Shown piece after piece: positions 1 to 11,820 of a DNA stretch of 48,982 bases (its first letter is position 1; each line of letters begins with the position of its first letter). This DNA is from Piedraia hortae CBS 480.64 (lineage: Eukaryota), in NCBI GenBank assembly GCA_010093745.1, contig MU005970.1:267549-316530 (forward strand), read 5' to 3'. A program made the translations under genes and the position numbers. The notes below the pieces were generated by a model that saw nothing but the letters and a program-made list of their open reading frames with translations, ran no database searches and was not told where the DNA came from.

Positions 1-1391
1 TTCCACTGACGCCATGCTTCTTCGATGCTCTCGCCGTGCTTCACAAACTGTCGCGTCCACCACTTGTTACTTGATTGACGATTCAGAATGAAGCCAAGAC
101 CAAATGAGTACCACAGACGCCAAATGACGGCGTTCAAGACGAAGACAGCCTGCCAAGTCCTGTTCGATGGGGAGAGTATGGCTGCAATATAAAGGTAGAC
201 CTGCAAAACCACCAAGGAGACATTTGTGGTACGATACAGGCCACCTTGTCGCCCCAAGCGCTGGTTGAAGACAATCCTCGTGTCCTCACCAGAATAGAGT
301 GTCCCAGGACGGGTATTCTCCCCCGCTTGCTTCTGTTCGGTCTCATTACTTGGCGTATTGTACGTGCGCTCGATGTGCGGATTCTCAACCACGGCCAAGA
401 AAAGCAACTGGGCGGTGTGGGCGATGATTGAAACAAACAGCACCTTGTAGCTAGCGGTTAGCATGGAAATGCCATAGTAGCCAGCATATCCCACGGAATA
501 CATGGGGTGAGGCGCCAACTCAAATACCCCATCAAAGGTAAGTTCCTGGTCGATGAGGAAGAAAAAGTCTCCCCAGTACCAGGCAAAATCCTTCACCACC
601 CGATGTGCATCCAGCTTCACCCAGAGGTTGAAAAGGATCAGAAGCACACCGCCGGTCCATCGCAGGAGGGTCACGGGTGTGCTTTCACCGGCTGGTTGGT
701 GTACACATGCCAATGCAAATAGGCAGTAGGATGTGAAATCGCTCATCAGAACAAGGTCGACCACACGACGAAAAAGGAGCCAGGTGTTGAATTCCACTGG
801 CGCCTTGTCAAAGCTGTAACCTTTTGGGATTTTGGATTCCAGGTCTCGCTTCAGGAAGTTGTACACATATGGGCGCGGATGCTCCTTTGGTTGGGGCCGG
901 TCCAAAATTTTATATTTCTTGGCCCAATTGATTAGACGGTTGTGCTGAGATTGATTGTAGAGCAGCCAGCCGATCCCCAGATTGTAGCAAGTCCTCCAGA
1001 AGAGAAAGATTACCGCAAAAACCGGTGCTCTCGTCCCAGGCGGTAACAGAAAATAGAAGCAGCAAAGGCCCACTAGTATTCCGACAATGAAAGCGTCCGA
1101 AATGTTTTTGGGTTGCCATGGATTGAAGAGTTGGGAAACCATATCCTCCGTGTGAGGAACTGTGAATATGGTGCCATCTGGAGTGCGGCCAAACGTGTGT
1201 CCGCCTTCACTATCCTGCCCATTTTCATCGTTGAGTTTTTTTACGGTAGCTTGGGCGTTTTGAGCCTTTGCTGGTTCTCGAGTCAGCAGCCGCTCTCGAA
1301 GTTCTGCTGTATCTGTGTGGGGTTTCCCTTTTGGGTCCGCCACATCCATGTTGTTATGGCTGGAACTTGAGCTTTTTGCTACATTAGACAT
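1..1391 (-). CDS. CHO2: Phosphatidylethanolamine N-methyltransferase (5' part; runs off the window start)
   Basis: Absent from the ORF track because it has no stop inside the window. Hand translation from ATG 1391 gives MSNVAKSS...HTFGRTPDGTIFTVPHTEDMVSQLFNP...WVKLDAHRVVKDFAWYWGDFFFLIDQELTFDGVFELAPHPMYSVGYAGYYGISM, characteristic of fungal Cho2. Confidence 0.92.
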   Translation of the reverse strand, partial: MSNVAKSSSSSHNNMDVADPKGKPHTDTAELRERLLTREPAKAQNAQATVKKLNDENGQDSEGGHTFGRTPDGTIFTVPHTEDMVSQLFNPWQPKNISDAFIVGILVGLCCFYFLLPPGTRAPVFAVIFLFWRTCYNLGIGWLLYNQSQHNRLINWAKKYKILDRPQPKEHPRPYVYNFLKRDLESKIPKGYSFDKAPVEFNTWLLFRRVVDLVLMSDFTSYCLFALACVHQPAGESTPVTLLRWTGGVLLILFNLWVKLDAHRVVKDFAWYWGDFFFLIDQELTFDGVFELAPHPMYSVGYAGYYGISMLTASYKVLFVSIIAHTAQLLFLAVVENPHIERTYNTPSNETEQKQAGENTRPGTLYSGEDTRIVFNQRLGRQGGLYRTTNVSLVVLQVYLYIAAILSPSNRTWQAVFVLNAVIWRLWYSFGLGFILNRQSSNKWWTRQFVKHGESIEEAWRQW

Positions 1392-2162
1392 TGCGTGTTG
1401 TCATTATTTGGTGGACACCAAAGAGATTCTGTATAAACGTGGGCGAAAAGCTCATACGGCTGGCAATGTAAGTGCACGTGACACGTCTTCATTCGCTGGC
1501 GTGTCGGGTAAAGGCGGAAACATGTGTTTGCGCACTGCATTTTGGTCTCGTTGAGAGCGGGGTTACTCTACAGTAGGTGCATATCATCTAGTTTTTGATA
1601 TGAATCCGGCTGGCTCAACCGCCAGTCACGTCCAACGCCTCGAGAGATGTTGAGATTGAAGGTAAACATGTGTCCGCAGCTGCTGGTTCAGTTGTGGGGC
1701 CGTTCTCTGCTTTGTTAGTTATTGTCTTTCTTCTGGTACTTTAGCGATGGCAACTCTTTCGATTGATTCGCACACGTTTGCGAAGGACGTGATATCATCG
1801 AGCGATGAAACAAGTATGGTGACGAAACAATGCATGATCGCTGATTGATCTTCATCAAAGCTTTGATGTAGAACAACCGATGGGACATATCTTACCTGAA
1901 GGTCGTCGGCTCTGCCTATTTGAGTGCAGCTCCATCGTTAGACTACTGCTTAATAGATACCCCCTTGAAAACTAATAGGCATTGAAACTTTACTGTGCCT
2001 TTGAAGGCTTGGCTCTTGAAACAGAACAAGTTTCTTTGAAATTCGGCACAAACGCAACACGATGCCGAGGCCAGACGGCACAAAGAAGCTGAATTAGTAG
2101 TATCGATCAAAGGAACTCCAATCAGAGCATTTCTTATCTCTCTTAAACTCACATTTCCTACC

Positions 2163-2672
2163 ATGGAGCATCAATCCATCATAATGTGGCCCAAGTCTCC
2201 TTACTTGACCTTGGAAACCCTCTACTATAACCTCGCTGGAATTGAGAAAACACTGGCTGAACACACTGAAGCCAGGAATTCGGAAACATTGTGCTGGCAA
2301 GGCAGACTTACTCGAAAAGAAAAGAAAAAACTACAATGGACTCGTGGCATAGCCAAGGCCCAGATACGAAGGTTGGAGAGCGCTCTGGCACAGGCAGTGG
2401 ACCTGTCTGCATGTACCATGCCATTGGATCCTTTTACATCATCGCCTCCTTTCACCGCTTACGCGCCTTGCATGCTTGACTCAAAGTCATTGTCACATTT
2501 TCTGCCTTATGATTTCACACCGCCACCGCATACGTCTTCATCGGCTGTACATGCCATTCCAAGAAGGTTCTCAGACAGCGTCGCCCTCACAAGGAGCAAT
2601 ACGAGCTTACCGCCAAGCGAGAGCCATCCTTCTTTGCCGAGCGACGACTCTTCATTATATAGCCAAAAGTAG
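2163..2672 (+). CDS. Hypothetical protein, Ser/Pro-rich C-terminus; upstream exons (possibly from ATG 1747) unresolved
   Basis: 169 aa ORF, frame open from about 2040. A candidate intron (gtatgg...aag, about 1815-1860) lies upstream. No recognisable domain. Confidence 0.45.
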   Translation: MEHQSIIMWPKSPYLTLETLYYNLAGIEKTLAEHTEARNSETLCWQGRLTRKEKKKLQWTRGIAKAQIRRLESALAQAVDLSACTMPLDPFTSSPPFTAYAPCMLDSKSLSHFLPYDFTPPPHTSSSAVHAIPRRFSDSVALTRSNTSLPPSESHPSLPSDDSSLYSQK

Positions 2673-2738
2673 GACTTTTAAGGGTAGAGCTTGAAGATAA
2701 TTGTAGAACATTGTCATGAGGTCGTCATTTAGAGGAGC

Positions 2739-3746
2739 CTATGGTTCATCCCAATCATCTCCAAGGCCTTTCGCCACTGCTCTTACTACGCTTTTGATAG
2801 CCTTGCAAGCGGGTGAGTCAGGAAATTGATCGAGATAGCTCTCACCGTAGTCGCATGCACGCCCGATTCGCGGGTCCAATGGCACAGAGCCCAAGAAGGG
2901 GATATCAGTCTCTTCAGCAAGCCGACGGCCTCCTCCTGTGTTGGTTCGGAAAATTTCCGATTGGTGCTTGCATTTGGGACAAACAAAGCCTGACATGTTC
3001 TCAACGAGGCCGAGCATTCGGATACCAGCTTTGCGACAAAAGTCGATTTCTTTTCGCACGTCTAGCAGGCTGACCTCCTGCGGCGTTGTCACCAGCACCG
3101 CGCCGTCTACCCCCGATTCTCTAAGGTAGCTGGTCACGCTCAAGTGCTCGTCACTCGTTCCCGGCGGCGTGTCGACGATCAAGTAGTCCATGTCGCCCCA
3201 CTCGACGTCTTTCAAGAATTGCTTGATAAGGCCATTCTTCTTGGGCCCACGCCAGATAACGGCATCATCGCGATTGGGCAACATGAACTGCACGCTCATA
3301 ACGCCCAGATTGTCCGACGTCCACACGGGCTCCCATCCAGAGCTGGTCACGTGGATGGTCTCATCTTCAACTCCCATCATTTTAGGGATGCTTGGGCCGC
3401 AAATGTCCGTGTCCATGATTCCGACCGTCTTTTCAGGCTGGCTCGCAAAGGCCTGGGCTAGCATGACGCTAAATGTGCTCTTTCCAACACCGCCCTTGCC
3501 GCTAAGGACGAGAACCTTATGTCTGACACTCTCCAGCCGCTGTGTGATGAGTGGTGTGTCCGGATCAGGGCCTTTGGGCGTTGAAGCGCATATTTTTTGG
3601 TTCGGACATCCGGCACAAGCATCGGCTTTTCCCGCCTGTTCACCCTCGGGTCCGGGACAGTGTTCGGGCTCGGGAGCAACCAACGGAGCTTTGCGAAGGG
3701 TGAAGGCGGCAAGAGACTCCTCTACCGAATTTTCTGAATGAGGCAT
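2739..3746 (-). CDS. NBP35: Cytosolic Fe-S cluster assembly factor Nbp35 (Mrp/NBP35 P-loop ATPase)
   Basis: N-terminal [24 protein letters not shown] cluster motif, [11 protein letters not shown]alker [11 protein letters not shown], and C-terminal CPKC; intronless. Confidence 0.97.
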   Translation of the reverse strand: MPHSENSVEESLAAFTLRKAPLVAPEPEHCPGPEGEQAGKADACAGCPNQKICASTPKGPDPDTPLITQRLESVRHKVLVLSGKGGVGKSTFSVMLAQAFASQPEKTVGIMDTDICGPSIPKMMGVEDETIHVTSSGWEPVWTSDNLGVMSVQFMLPNRDDAVIWRGPKKNGLIKQFLKDVEWGDMDYLIVDTPPGTSDEHLSVTSYLRESGVDGAVLVTTPQEVSLLDVRKEIDFCRKAGIRMLGLVENMSGFVCPKCKHQSEIFRTNTGGGRRLAEETDIPFLGSVPLDPRIGRACDYGESYLDQFPDSPACKAIKSVVRAVAKGLGDDWDEP

Positions 3747-3830
3747 TTGGAAGTGTATGACGTGAGGTGGAAGGTTTGAAATGTAATGTGATGTGTGGGA
3801 TGTAACAGACCTTGTTACGTCACATCCACA

Positions 3831-4874
3831 ATGATCCCGCGACGAACCCTCGGAGCCGCCGAGTGGGCTACCGGTCGTCGATGGCGCTCATTCCTTGCAC
3901 CGCCATTCCTCTTAGATGACTACACACCCCGATACCAACTGCTCTCATCGACGCAGGCGGCATTGAAGCGGAGCGAGGCCTATGCGCACCTCCGAAACTG
4001 CAACCTATGTCCTCACCGCTGCGGCGTAAACCGATACGAGCGGAGCGGAACATGTCTGGTAGGTGCAGATGTTTTGGTAAGCACAATTGCACCGCACTTT
4101 GGAGAGGAACCGTGTCTGCAAGGCCATAACGGCAGCGGCAGCGTCTTCTTCTCCGGCTGCAACCTGCGTTGTGTCTTCTGCCAAAATCATGACATTTCCC
4201 ACCAGCGAAGCGGCTTCAGCTTGACGCCTGAAGAGCTCGCAGAGTGGTATATCAAGCTGCAGGACGTGGGTAGCGTGCATAACATCAATCTGGTAACGCC
4301 GGAACACGTCGTTCCCCAGGTCGTCTTGAGCATTCTCCATGCAAGAGAGATTGGTCTGAAGCTGCCAATAGTCTACAATACCTCGTCGTTTGACTCGCTA
4401 GAGTCCATCAGCCTCCTAGAAGGGCTGGTAGACATCTACTTGCCCGACTTCAAGGTCTGGGACCGAGCAACGTCGAGACGGTTGCTCAAGGCTGACAACT
4501 ACGCTGACGTGGCTAAGGAGAGCATCAGAGCCATGCACTCGCAGGTCGGTGATCTCTGTTTCACCGCCGACGGGTTGGCCAAGAAAGGTGTCCTGCTACG
4601 GCACTTGGTCATGCCAGGCCTTGAAGACGAAGGCCGCCAGATCATGGCCTGGCTGGCAGCTAACGTCAGCCAAGACTTGTACGTGCACGTCATGGAACAA
4701 TATCACCCACGCGCTCATGTGGGCAAGACGAAACGCGTCGGCGGTTCGACCAAATACGTCGACATTAACCGTGCCATCAATCCCCGAGAACTGGAAACGG
4801 TGCGAAAATCCGGTGAAGCTGCGGGGTTGTGGCGCTTCCTTGACCCGGCGGGGCACGGCGGATTTAATATCTGA
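3831..4874 (+). CDS. Radical SAM protein, PflX-like (pyruvate formate-lyase activating enzyme family)
   Basis: CNLRCVFC CxxxCxxC motif, N-terminal [29 protein letters not shown] and DIYLPDFK. First ATG at 3831 (the ORF track starts at GTG 3795). Confidence 0.9.
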   Translation: MIPRRTLGAAEWATGRRWRSFLAPPFLLDDYTPRYQLLSSTQAALKRSEAYAHLRNCNLCPHRCGVNRYERSGTCLVGADVLVSTIAPHFGEEPCLQGHNGSGSVFFSGCNLRCVFCQNHDISHQRSGFSLTPEELAEWYIKLQDVGSVHNINLVTPEHVVPQVVLSILHAREIGLKLPIVYNTSSFDSLESISLLEGLVDIYLPDFKVWDRATSRRLLKADNYADVAKESIRAMHSQVGDLCFTADGLAKKGVLLRHLVMPGLEDEGRQIMAWLAANVSQDLYVHVMEQYHPRAHVGKTKRVGGSTKYVDINRAINPRELETVRKSGEAAGLWRFLDPAGHGGFNI

Positions 4875-5420
4875 CCAAAATAATCCCGGTCTTCCAGAAG
4901 ATTTTTAACCCCCGGCCCCTGAGCCTAATTGCCGCGGACGTTTGATCCATGTGAGCCGCGTTTCACTGCATCCTCGGGTTCGCAGATGCGTTCTCCCGAG
5001 TTGCGATGACGGCTGTCAATACGAACTACTCTAATGAATCCTCGCCTACTTCCCCATCAAAACCCCGCCATGGTTGCTTTCCATCGCGCGAGCCTATTCA
5101 ACCAGACGATGGGCGGATGGCAATCCCTCGTCCGAGCTCCAAACGGTATTATAAAAAGACTCTCTCCTTTTGTGTTTCTTCTCGCTCTCGCCGGTCGAGC
5201 CTTTGAACAATTCACTCTCTAGTAAAAGACCTTTGTGCTCCACTTTATTTTTCCCGAACCCCCGATTTGCCATTGAAGCTTTGGCAAAGCACTGATATGC
5301 TTACCTTTCCCGGAGGGCAATGCCCCCAACAGCGACACTCGACCTTCAGCACAACGCTCGTTTATTCCTTCCTTTGGTCTTAAACACTCTCCTCAGCACC
5401 CTGTTCCACATTCGCTTAAG

Positions 5421-6503
5421 ATGTTTTTCTCTGTGCTGCTCTTGGCACTACCAGCCCTAGCACTTCCCTTGGATGATGCCACCGATGCCACCACCGCAAA
5501 TATCACGGAACGAGCAGCATCGTCCCCCATCATGGGCGGACTAAATTTCCCAGATCCCTCGGTGATTCGAATGGCTGATGGATGGCACGCCTTTGCCACT
5601 AATGCATTTGTTGACGGCAAGCGCATTCACGTTCAGGTTGCCAACACTCCAGACTTCAAGAACTGGAATTATCGCCGAGGCTACGATGCCATGCCAAATT
5701 TGCCGGACTGGATCGATAAGACTAGCCCTCGACTCTGGGCTCCCGATGTTAATCAACTACCAAATGGGAAGTTTATAATGTACTACACCGCTGCCATGGC
5801 GTCCAAACCCACGCTGCACTGCGTCAGCTATGCCATAAGCGATCATGTCGAAGGTCCATATTCTTCAGGCCCAGCCCAGCCTTGGGTTTGCCCAACGGAT
5901 AAGGGTGGCGCCATCGATCCGTCCGGCTACCTTGACCGCTCCGGCTCTCGTTGGGTCGTGTACAAGGTGGACGGCAATGCCATTGGCCATGGCGGTGTTT
6001 GCGGAAACACTTTGGCTCCCATCGTTCCAACACCTATCATGCTGCAACAGGTTGATGCCACCGATGGCATCACAAAAATCGGCAGCCCGATCCAGCTAAT
6101 CACCAACGGAAAGTGGGACGGACCGGTTGTGGAGGCTCCCTCGTTGACGAAGCTCGGCGACAGATACGTTCTTTTCTTTTCGTCCAACTGCTTCGCCACG
6201 ACCAAGTACGATGTGTCGTACGCAACGTCGACACATATCACCGGTCCGTATACAAAATACGGCCCCCTGTTTGTGACGGGCAGCAGGGGAATGACAGCCC
6301 CGGGGGGCTTAGATATTGCCGTAAATGGTGATCACGTAATTTGGCATGCGTACGTTAAACATTCCCCTTCTTAGCCCCAAGGCTGTATCAGTCGGAGCAA
6401 GCATACTGACGGTTGTGGTAGGAACATAGGTTCCGGTCGCGCTTCATTTACAGGCGTCTTATCGATGTCGGGAAATGACGTGAGGGTCATCAGCACCTCA
6501 TGA
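5421..6503 (+). CDS. Secreted glycoside hydrolase family 43 (arabinanase/xylosidase-like)
   Basis: Signal peptide MFFSVLLLALPALA, then FPDPSV, WAPDV, AIDPS and VVEAPSL motifs. Intron 6350-6421 (gtacgt...ctgac...tag); last exon ends at TGA 6503. Confidence 0.9.
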
Positions 6504-6836
6504 ATGATTCCTTCTCTTTTCGAATTTTCCAGGAGCAAGGCGTTGGTAGATACCCGTACGTTGCATCTCTTTCTTTCTCTGCATACTCAAGATCGATATC
6601 ACCACCGTACGGCAATTTATCGTAGCCCTACTGTGTAGCTCCTCATAGGTATTACATCTTCGCGCATGTATTTCACTTGGGCACGTTGCCCCCCTAACAA
6701 CAATGTGTGTGAACAATAACAAAACTGTGGCATCTACTATTGGTCGCCCAGCATCCACAACTAAACAAGGCATTCAAACGCCCTCCACGTCAACAAAGGG
6801 CCGATCTGCATAATCTACTTGTTTCCGATTGTTCAT

Positions 6837-6864
6837 CCCCCCCCCCCCCCCCCAAAAAAAAAAA
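6837..6864. repeat. Adjacent homopolymers C17 + A11
   Basis: Read directly, about 55 bp upstream of ATG 6918. Confidence 0.9.
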
Positions 6865-6917
6865 GGAAGCACATTGTATCCCAAGCATATAAGTCATTCC
6901 CCTTCCATTGACAGTCA

Positions 6918-7433
6918 ATGATGGCTCACATTCAAGTCGAAGTGCGAACCCTCTACGTCTTCTCCGATCGCATGCAAAAATCAAAGACCGCACTAATAAC
7001 CAAAGCCCTCCAGAAAGGGATTAACTTCCCCGAATTCGAAGAATCCCGAGACACGTTCGAGGACTGCTATGAAGCCATCTCTGCCATTCTGCACAAGGTT
7101 GCCCAGCTGCTCGATGATGAAGTCCTCATCAGCACGCCCCAGAGCGATATAGTGGGGGAAATGTATACCATCCCTACGCCGATGTCAGGGGAGGTCAACG
7201 GTGCGCCTGAGCATGGGGACGAATTTCTCATTGCAGACCTCATGGAAGAGTTTCGGGGCATAGGGGCCTATAGGAGGGAAATGCTGGCTGCCTATCAGAG
7301 GTTGGAGAGAATTGTAATGGAGGCAGATTTGGTACCGTTGATGCAGGGACTCAAATTGAGGGCTGCAGAGAGAAGTGAGGGTGGTGACGAGATTGAGAGA
7401 TTGGCCGGAGAACTGGATCGTTTTGGGTTGTAA
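6918..7433 (+). CDS. Hypothetical acidic, helical protein (171 aa)
   Basis: Uninterrupted ATG-to-stop ORF with protein-like composition filling the gap between GH43 and P450; no family recognised. Confidence 0.6.
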   Translation: MMAHIQVEVRTLYVFSDRMQKSKTALITKALQKGINFPEFEESRDTFEDCYEAISAILHKVAQLLDDEVLISTPQSDIVGEMYTIPTPMSGEVNGAPEHGDEFLIADLMEEFRGIGAYRREMLAAYQRLERIVMEADLVPLMQGLKLRAAERSEGGDEIERLAGELDRFGL

Positions 7434-7455
7434 GACTGGGCTATGATAGTGTAGC

Positions 7456-9013
7456 TTACCTAACTTGTCCTCGCGGAATTAATTTGACATTCAACTCTCG
7501 TTGCATGACAAACCAGTGACAAACCATCTCCCATTCCTTTTCAGGCTGTGCAAGCTCAAGGTCATAGTGCAGAAAAAGCGTTGGGGTCAATTTCTCCCTA
7601 AGCTCGTTAGCGGATTTTCTTCAATTTCTTTGATGCGCCCACATTTCAATCCATGAGAGGTTTCTCCCCATGCATGTGCGTGCGCCAGAGCCAAAAGCGA
7701 AAAAGAAGCGGTGCATATCGCCCTGTTTCTCGCCCATCCAACGTTCAGGACGGAAGGCTTCGACATCTTCGCCAAACACGTCTCGATTTCTATGGAGCAC
7801 CCAGGGGTTTACACCGACGATGGTCCCTCCTGGAACATGGACTCCCGCGATGTTTGCACCGCCCGGAGGTGCTACGCGTGGTATATTCATTCCTACTGCC
7901 GGATGGAGGCGAAGAGCCTCATACATGACGGCTTGCAGGTATGAAATTTTCTCGGCCTCGGCCATGGTGACTGGGTCGCTAAGCTTGCCCTGATCACGAA
8001 GCGTTAGTAGTTCACCAACTAGGCGTTGTTTGCACGAGGGGTTTTTGAGGAGATAGTATATGATTGCGCGAGTTGAAATGGCTGTCGTGTCAGACCCAGC
8101 AAATATGTTGCTTGTTGCCATACTTGTCACAGCCACGTCGTCAAGCTCGAGAGGTTTCTCTTTTTGCGTGGCCCGAAGTTTGGACAATATATCTTTTCGC
8201 TCAACGGCACGGTCTTGTCGAGCAGCAATCTCCTTGACTGCAAAGTTGCGAATAGAGCCATGGCGGACTGTAATAGCGAGGTGGTTTCCGATATATGGCA
8301 TCAAGGCGTCGTGCAGCCAGTATAGCCACGAGACTTGCCCAATCCAAGCGGCGCATTTGAGTGCTGCGTTGATTTGCTTGATTGATCCATCATCTGATCC
8401 CGCGACCATGAACCCGAAGCGCTTGCTGAATGTAACGTCGCCAATAACATCTGCTTTGGTTAGTCGAAGGCAATCGGCCTAGACACGGCGCACCAAAAGC
8501 AAAAAGTTGCACCCACTTGGCCATATCGACAATTCGGTCTTGCTGGTGACGCATGCAATTGAGAAAAACACCTATAGCGCTATCCACCTCAGATTCAAGA
8601 TCTTTTAGTGCTTCCACTGAATAAGCTCTGCTAACAAGCCGTCTTTGGGCAGCATGAATCTGCTCATCTCGCTCGGCAAAGATGTCAAACTTGCGATGGC
8701 CCTGGAAGACAGAGTACCAGTTGGACTTTCGAAATCGTGTTCCGGCTCCATAAATCTGCTTTACAGCCGCTAATTCGCACACGCTGACTTCATTTGGACC
8801 AGTGCGTACGAGGTTGCCGTACTTTTTATGCAATTCGATCATTGTCGTATGCATATCGCCATCCCAAGAGTGCTTTACTAACCACAGTCTAGTTAATCGG
8901 GCCAAAAACGGGCCCGGAACTGATGCCAACGGATGCCATGTGTTTTGGTAAAGTATGTAGCCGAGTACGAGGTCCACCAAGGCAATTGACAGCAAGCCTA
9001 CGCTCAACTCCAT
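7456..9013 (-). CDS. Cytochrome P450 (CYP53-clan / pisatin-demethylase-like), 3 exons
   Basis: N-terminal TM anchor + PGP, AGSDTT (I-helix), EALR, PERW and FGSGARTCMG heme motif. Introns 8451-8493 and 7598-7642 join ORFs 8390..9073 and 7621..8409 and a final exon ending at TAA 7456. Confidence 0.93.
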
Positions 9014-9432
9014 AGTGGCATGTGGTTTTGATAAGGTTACTCCGATGCGCAGTACCGTTGATTGTTTGTGCAAGAGCTACATGCATGATGTCATGCTAGC
9101 AAAAGTGTAGGTGTTCCCTCATCTTCATCTTCCTTGGGTAGTGGGAGTGAAGCCATCAACTGGGTATCATATCGGTCGCGAGTAGATTATCGTTCCGATG
9201 ATCTCTGATGTGATCCCGGTGGTGGATGGTTGGCCGTTCCGGTCGTCAATCCCCGGACTCTAACCTCCGCATCAGATTGTCTGCCTGCCGGCGCCAAAGC
9301 CGGTAGACAGCCGGACCCAGAGCCGACGAATCAGCCGCCCCCAACTCGACTCCGTGTCGAGTGCCGGGGCGACATGCCTGATAGAAGGTGGTATATAGAC
9401 TTAGACTGTCTGCTTTTATCCTTTACCCAGCC

Positions 9433-11322
9433 ATGTCTATCGAGCGCTACGACATTGTGATCATTGGCGCCGGCCCTGTTGGCCTCTTGCTTTCCACTTG
9501 TCTAGCTAGATGGGGTTACAAGATCAAGCATGTTGATATGCGTCCAGTACCCACGGTGACCGGCCGTGCAGATGGTATCCAACCAAGGTCCCTTGATCTA
9601 TTGCGCAATATGGGCCTCAAGCGGGCCATAATGGCACACGATCCTGCCAAGGTATACGAGGTTGCTTTCTGGGATCCTGCGGAGGGCAATGAGGGAATTC
9701 ACAGGACTGGAACCTGGGCTTCGTGTCCAAAATTCATCGATGCGCGTTATCCATTCACTACCCTGCTCCATCAGGGCCTGATTGAGCGCGTTTTCATCAG
9801 CGATCTAGAGAAGAACGGCGTCAAGATTCAGCGGCCGTGGCGAATAACTGGCTTTAATACGGACGGCGTCGACAAGCACTACCCGGTCGAGGTAAGTCTT
9901 GCTCATGTCGATGGCGACGAGCAAGAAACTGTCCGAGCAAAGTACCTTTTCAGTGGGGAGGGAGCGCGCAGCTTCATTCGCGAGCAGCTCGGCATCAAGA
10001 TCACCCACATCGATCCCATTCAGCATGTCTGGGGCGTTATGGACGGTGTGGTGCGGACAGATTTCCCCGATATCAAAACGAAGTGCACCATACACTCTGA
10101 TGCTGGCTCCATCATGGTCATTCCTCGCGAAGCCAACATGGTGCGACTCTACATCCAACTTGCATCCTCAGATGACAAGGACTGGAATCCACGCAAGTCG
10201 GCGACCACAGAAGAAGTGCAGGAAGCAGCTAAGCGCATCCTCAAGCCTTATAAGATTGAGTGGGACCGCGTGGAGTGGTACTCTGTTTATCCAATTGGTC
10301 AAGGAATCGCTGATAGGTACACTCTTGATGAACGAGTCTTTATGGGCGGCGATTGCTGCCACACGCACTCTCCTAAGGCCGGGCAGGGCATGAACACTGC
10401 CTTTTTGGATGCCCAAAATTTGGCGTGGAAGATTCATCACGTCGAGTCAGGATTCGCTGACCGCTCAATCCTAAAGTCGTATGAGAGCGAGCGGAAGCTC
10501 ATTGCGAAGAACCTACTCCAATTTGATAATCAATATGCCAAGCTCTTCTCGCAACGGCAGCCATCTGCAGGGGAGATTGGCCACGCCAACAAGCACGCCA
10601 GCGAGGAAGTTGACGAGAGTGAGTTCATCAAAGTCTTCAAAGCGTCCTGCGAGTTCACCTCTGGCTATGGTGTGGTATATGATGCGAATTTGTTCAACTG
10701 GTCAGACTCCCATCCAGTGCAGAGCCCGCTAATCTTGACCCATCCTACCGGCACAACTCAGAGGCCCGGCCACATCATGACACCAGCCACTGTAACCCGC
10801 GTTGCGGATGCAAACGTTGTGCATCTTGAGCAGGAAATTCCTCTCAACGGCTCCTTCCGCCTCTACATCTTCGCTGGAATGTACGACAAGACGAAGAAGG
10901 CTGTTGCCGACTTTGCCCGGGCGCTTGAGAAGCCAAACTCGTTTTTCAACATTTACAGACGGCGGCCTGGAGACTATTATCACGAAAGACACAATCCCGA
11001 TAGCCTCTTCTACTCCTTTGCAATCATTTTCAACTCTCCGAGGCCAGACGTTGAGATCCGCGCGATGCTGCCTCGAGTTCTTTCGCGCTATTTTGACCAC
11101 GTGTACGCCGACGATATTTGGGATCAGCGCGTCCCCAATGCTCGAGCCGCGGCCCACACCAAAATGGGACTTTCGGAAGACGAAGGAGGCGTGGTTGTAG
11201 TACGCCCTGATGGATACATTAGTTGTGTGGTCAAATTGGTCGGCGAAGAGACTGTTGATGTCTTAAATCGATATTTTGCTTCTTTTGCTGTGCAACAGAA
11301 GGATCAAAAGGCGTTGTTGTAA
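9433..11322 (+). CDS. FAD-dependent aromatic hydroxylase, phenol 2-monooxygenase family (PhhA-like p-hydroxybenzoate m-hydroxylase)
   Basis: [32 protein letters not shown] and C-terminal VVVRPDGY thioredoxin-like domain. Resembles Aspergillus PhhA as recalled; not searched. Confidence 0.9.
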   Translation: MSIERYDIVIIGAGPVGLLLSTCLARWGYKIKHVDMRPVPTVTGRADGIQPRSLDLLRNMGLKRAIMAHDPAKVYEVAFWDPAEGNEGIHRTGTWASCPKFIDARYPFTTLLHQGLIERVFISDLEKNGVKIQRPWRITGFNTDGVDKHYPVEVSLAHVDGDEQETVRAKYLFSGEGARSFIREQLGIKITHIDPIQHVWGVMDGVVRTDFPDIKTKCTIHSDAGSIMVIPREANMVRLYIQLASSDDKDWNPRKSATTEEVQEAAKRILKPYKIEWDRVEWYSVYPIGQGIADRYTLDERVFMGGDCCHTHSPKAGQGMNTAFLDAQNLAWKIHHVESGFADRSILKSYESERKLIAKNLLQFDNQYAKLFSQRQPSAGEIGHANKHASEEVDESEFIKVFKASCEFTSGYGVVYDANLFNWSDSHPVQSPLILTHPTGTTQRPGHIMTPATVTRVADANVVHLEQEIPLNGSFRLYIFAGMYDKTKKAVADFARALEKPNSFFNIYRRRPGDYYHERHNPDSLFYSFAIIFNSPRPDVEIRAMLPRVLSRYFDHVYADDIWDQRVPNARAAAHTKMGLSEDEGGVVVVRPDGYISCVVKLVGEETVDVLNRYFASFAVQQKDQKALL

Positions 11323-11549
11323 TTACATCCATTTGACAGGTTGAATGGACAAACTCATTTTAAATGATTTATGTTTTATCAAGAACGGGAAAGAGCACCA
11401 GGGCAGAAGTCTCCGTGTTGTGAATATGCGGGCATATCACGCGCATTGTTAGTAATCGGCGCTCGGCTCTGGGCTCGACGCGTCAACTAATTTTCTGGAG
11501 AGACGTGTAGACATACTGGTACACATCTACTCACAATTATAACACTCCG

Positions 11550-11676
11550 GCCACGGAGTTTGCCGATGCCATACGTTAGTTACTATATGGCGGGCTATCC
11601 CGCGACTCTATCAGGCATGACATACGTTAGTTACCGTATAGCGGAACAATCCTGCAGCATCGGCAAACTCCATGGC
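11550..11676. repeat. 127 bp element: 20 bp terminal inverted repeats enclosing a tandem direct repeat (MITE-like)
   Basis: gccacggagtttgccgatgc (11550-11569) vs gcatcggcaaactccatggc (11657-11676), 19/20 complementary. catacgttagttac occurs at 11570 and 11621. Confidence 0.7.
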
Positions 11677-11723
11677 ACGAAATGGAGACCTCTCGCACAA
11701 ACCAGCTATTAACAGTTGCACTC

Positions 11724-11750
11724 ACCACTACCACCACCACCACCACTACC
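11724..11750. repeat. Imperfect (CCA)n microsatellite
   Basis: caccactaccaccaccaccaccactacc read directly. Confidence 0.8.
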
Positions 11751-11820
11751 GCTGCATTATCAATCGATAATGGAATATTTTTCCATCAGACGTGCACGAA
11801 TTTGAAGTGGCGATCGCGGA

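Noticed and set aside
11570..11655. CRISPR-like repeat-spacer array
   Set aside because: Only two units, the 'spacers' resemble each other, the context is eukaryotic and there are no cas genes.
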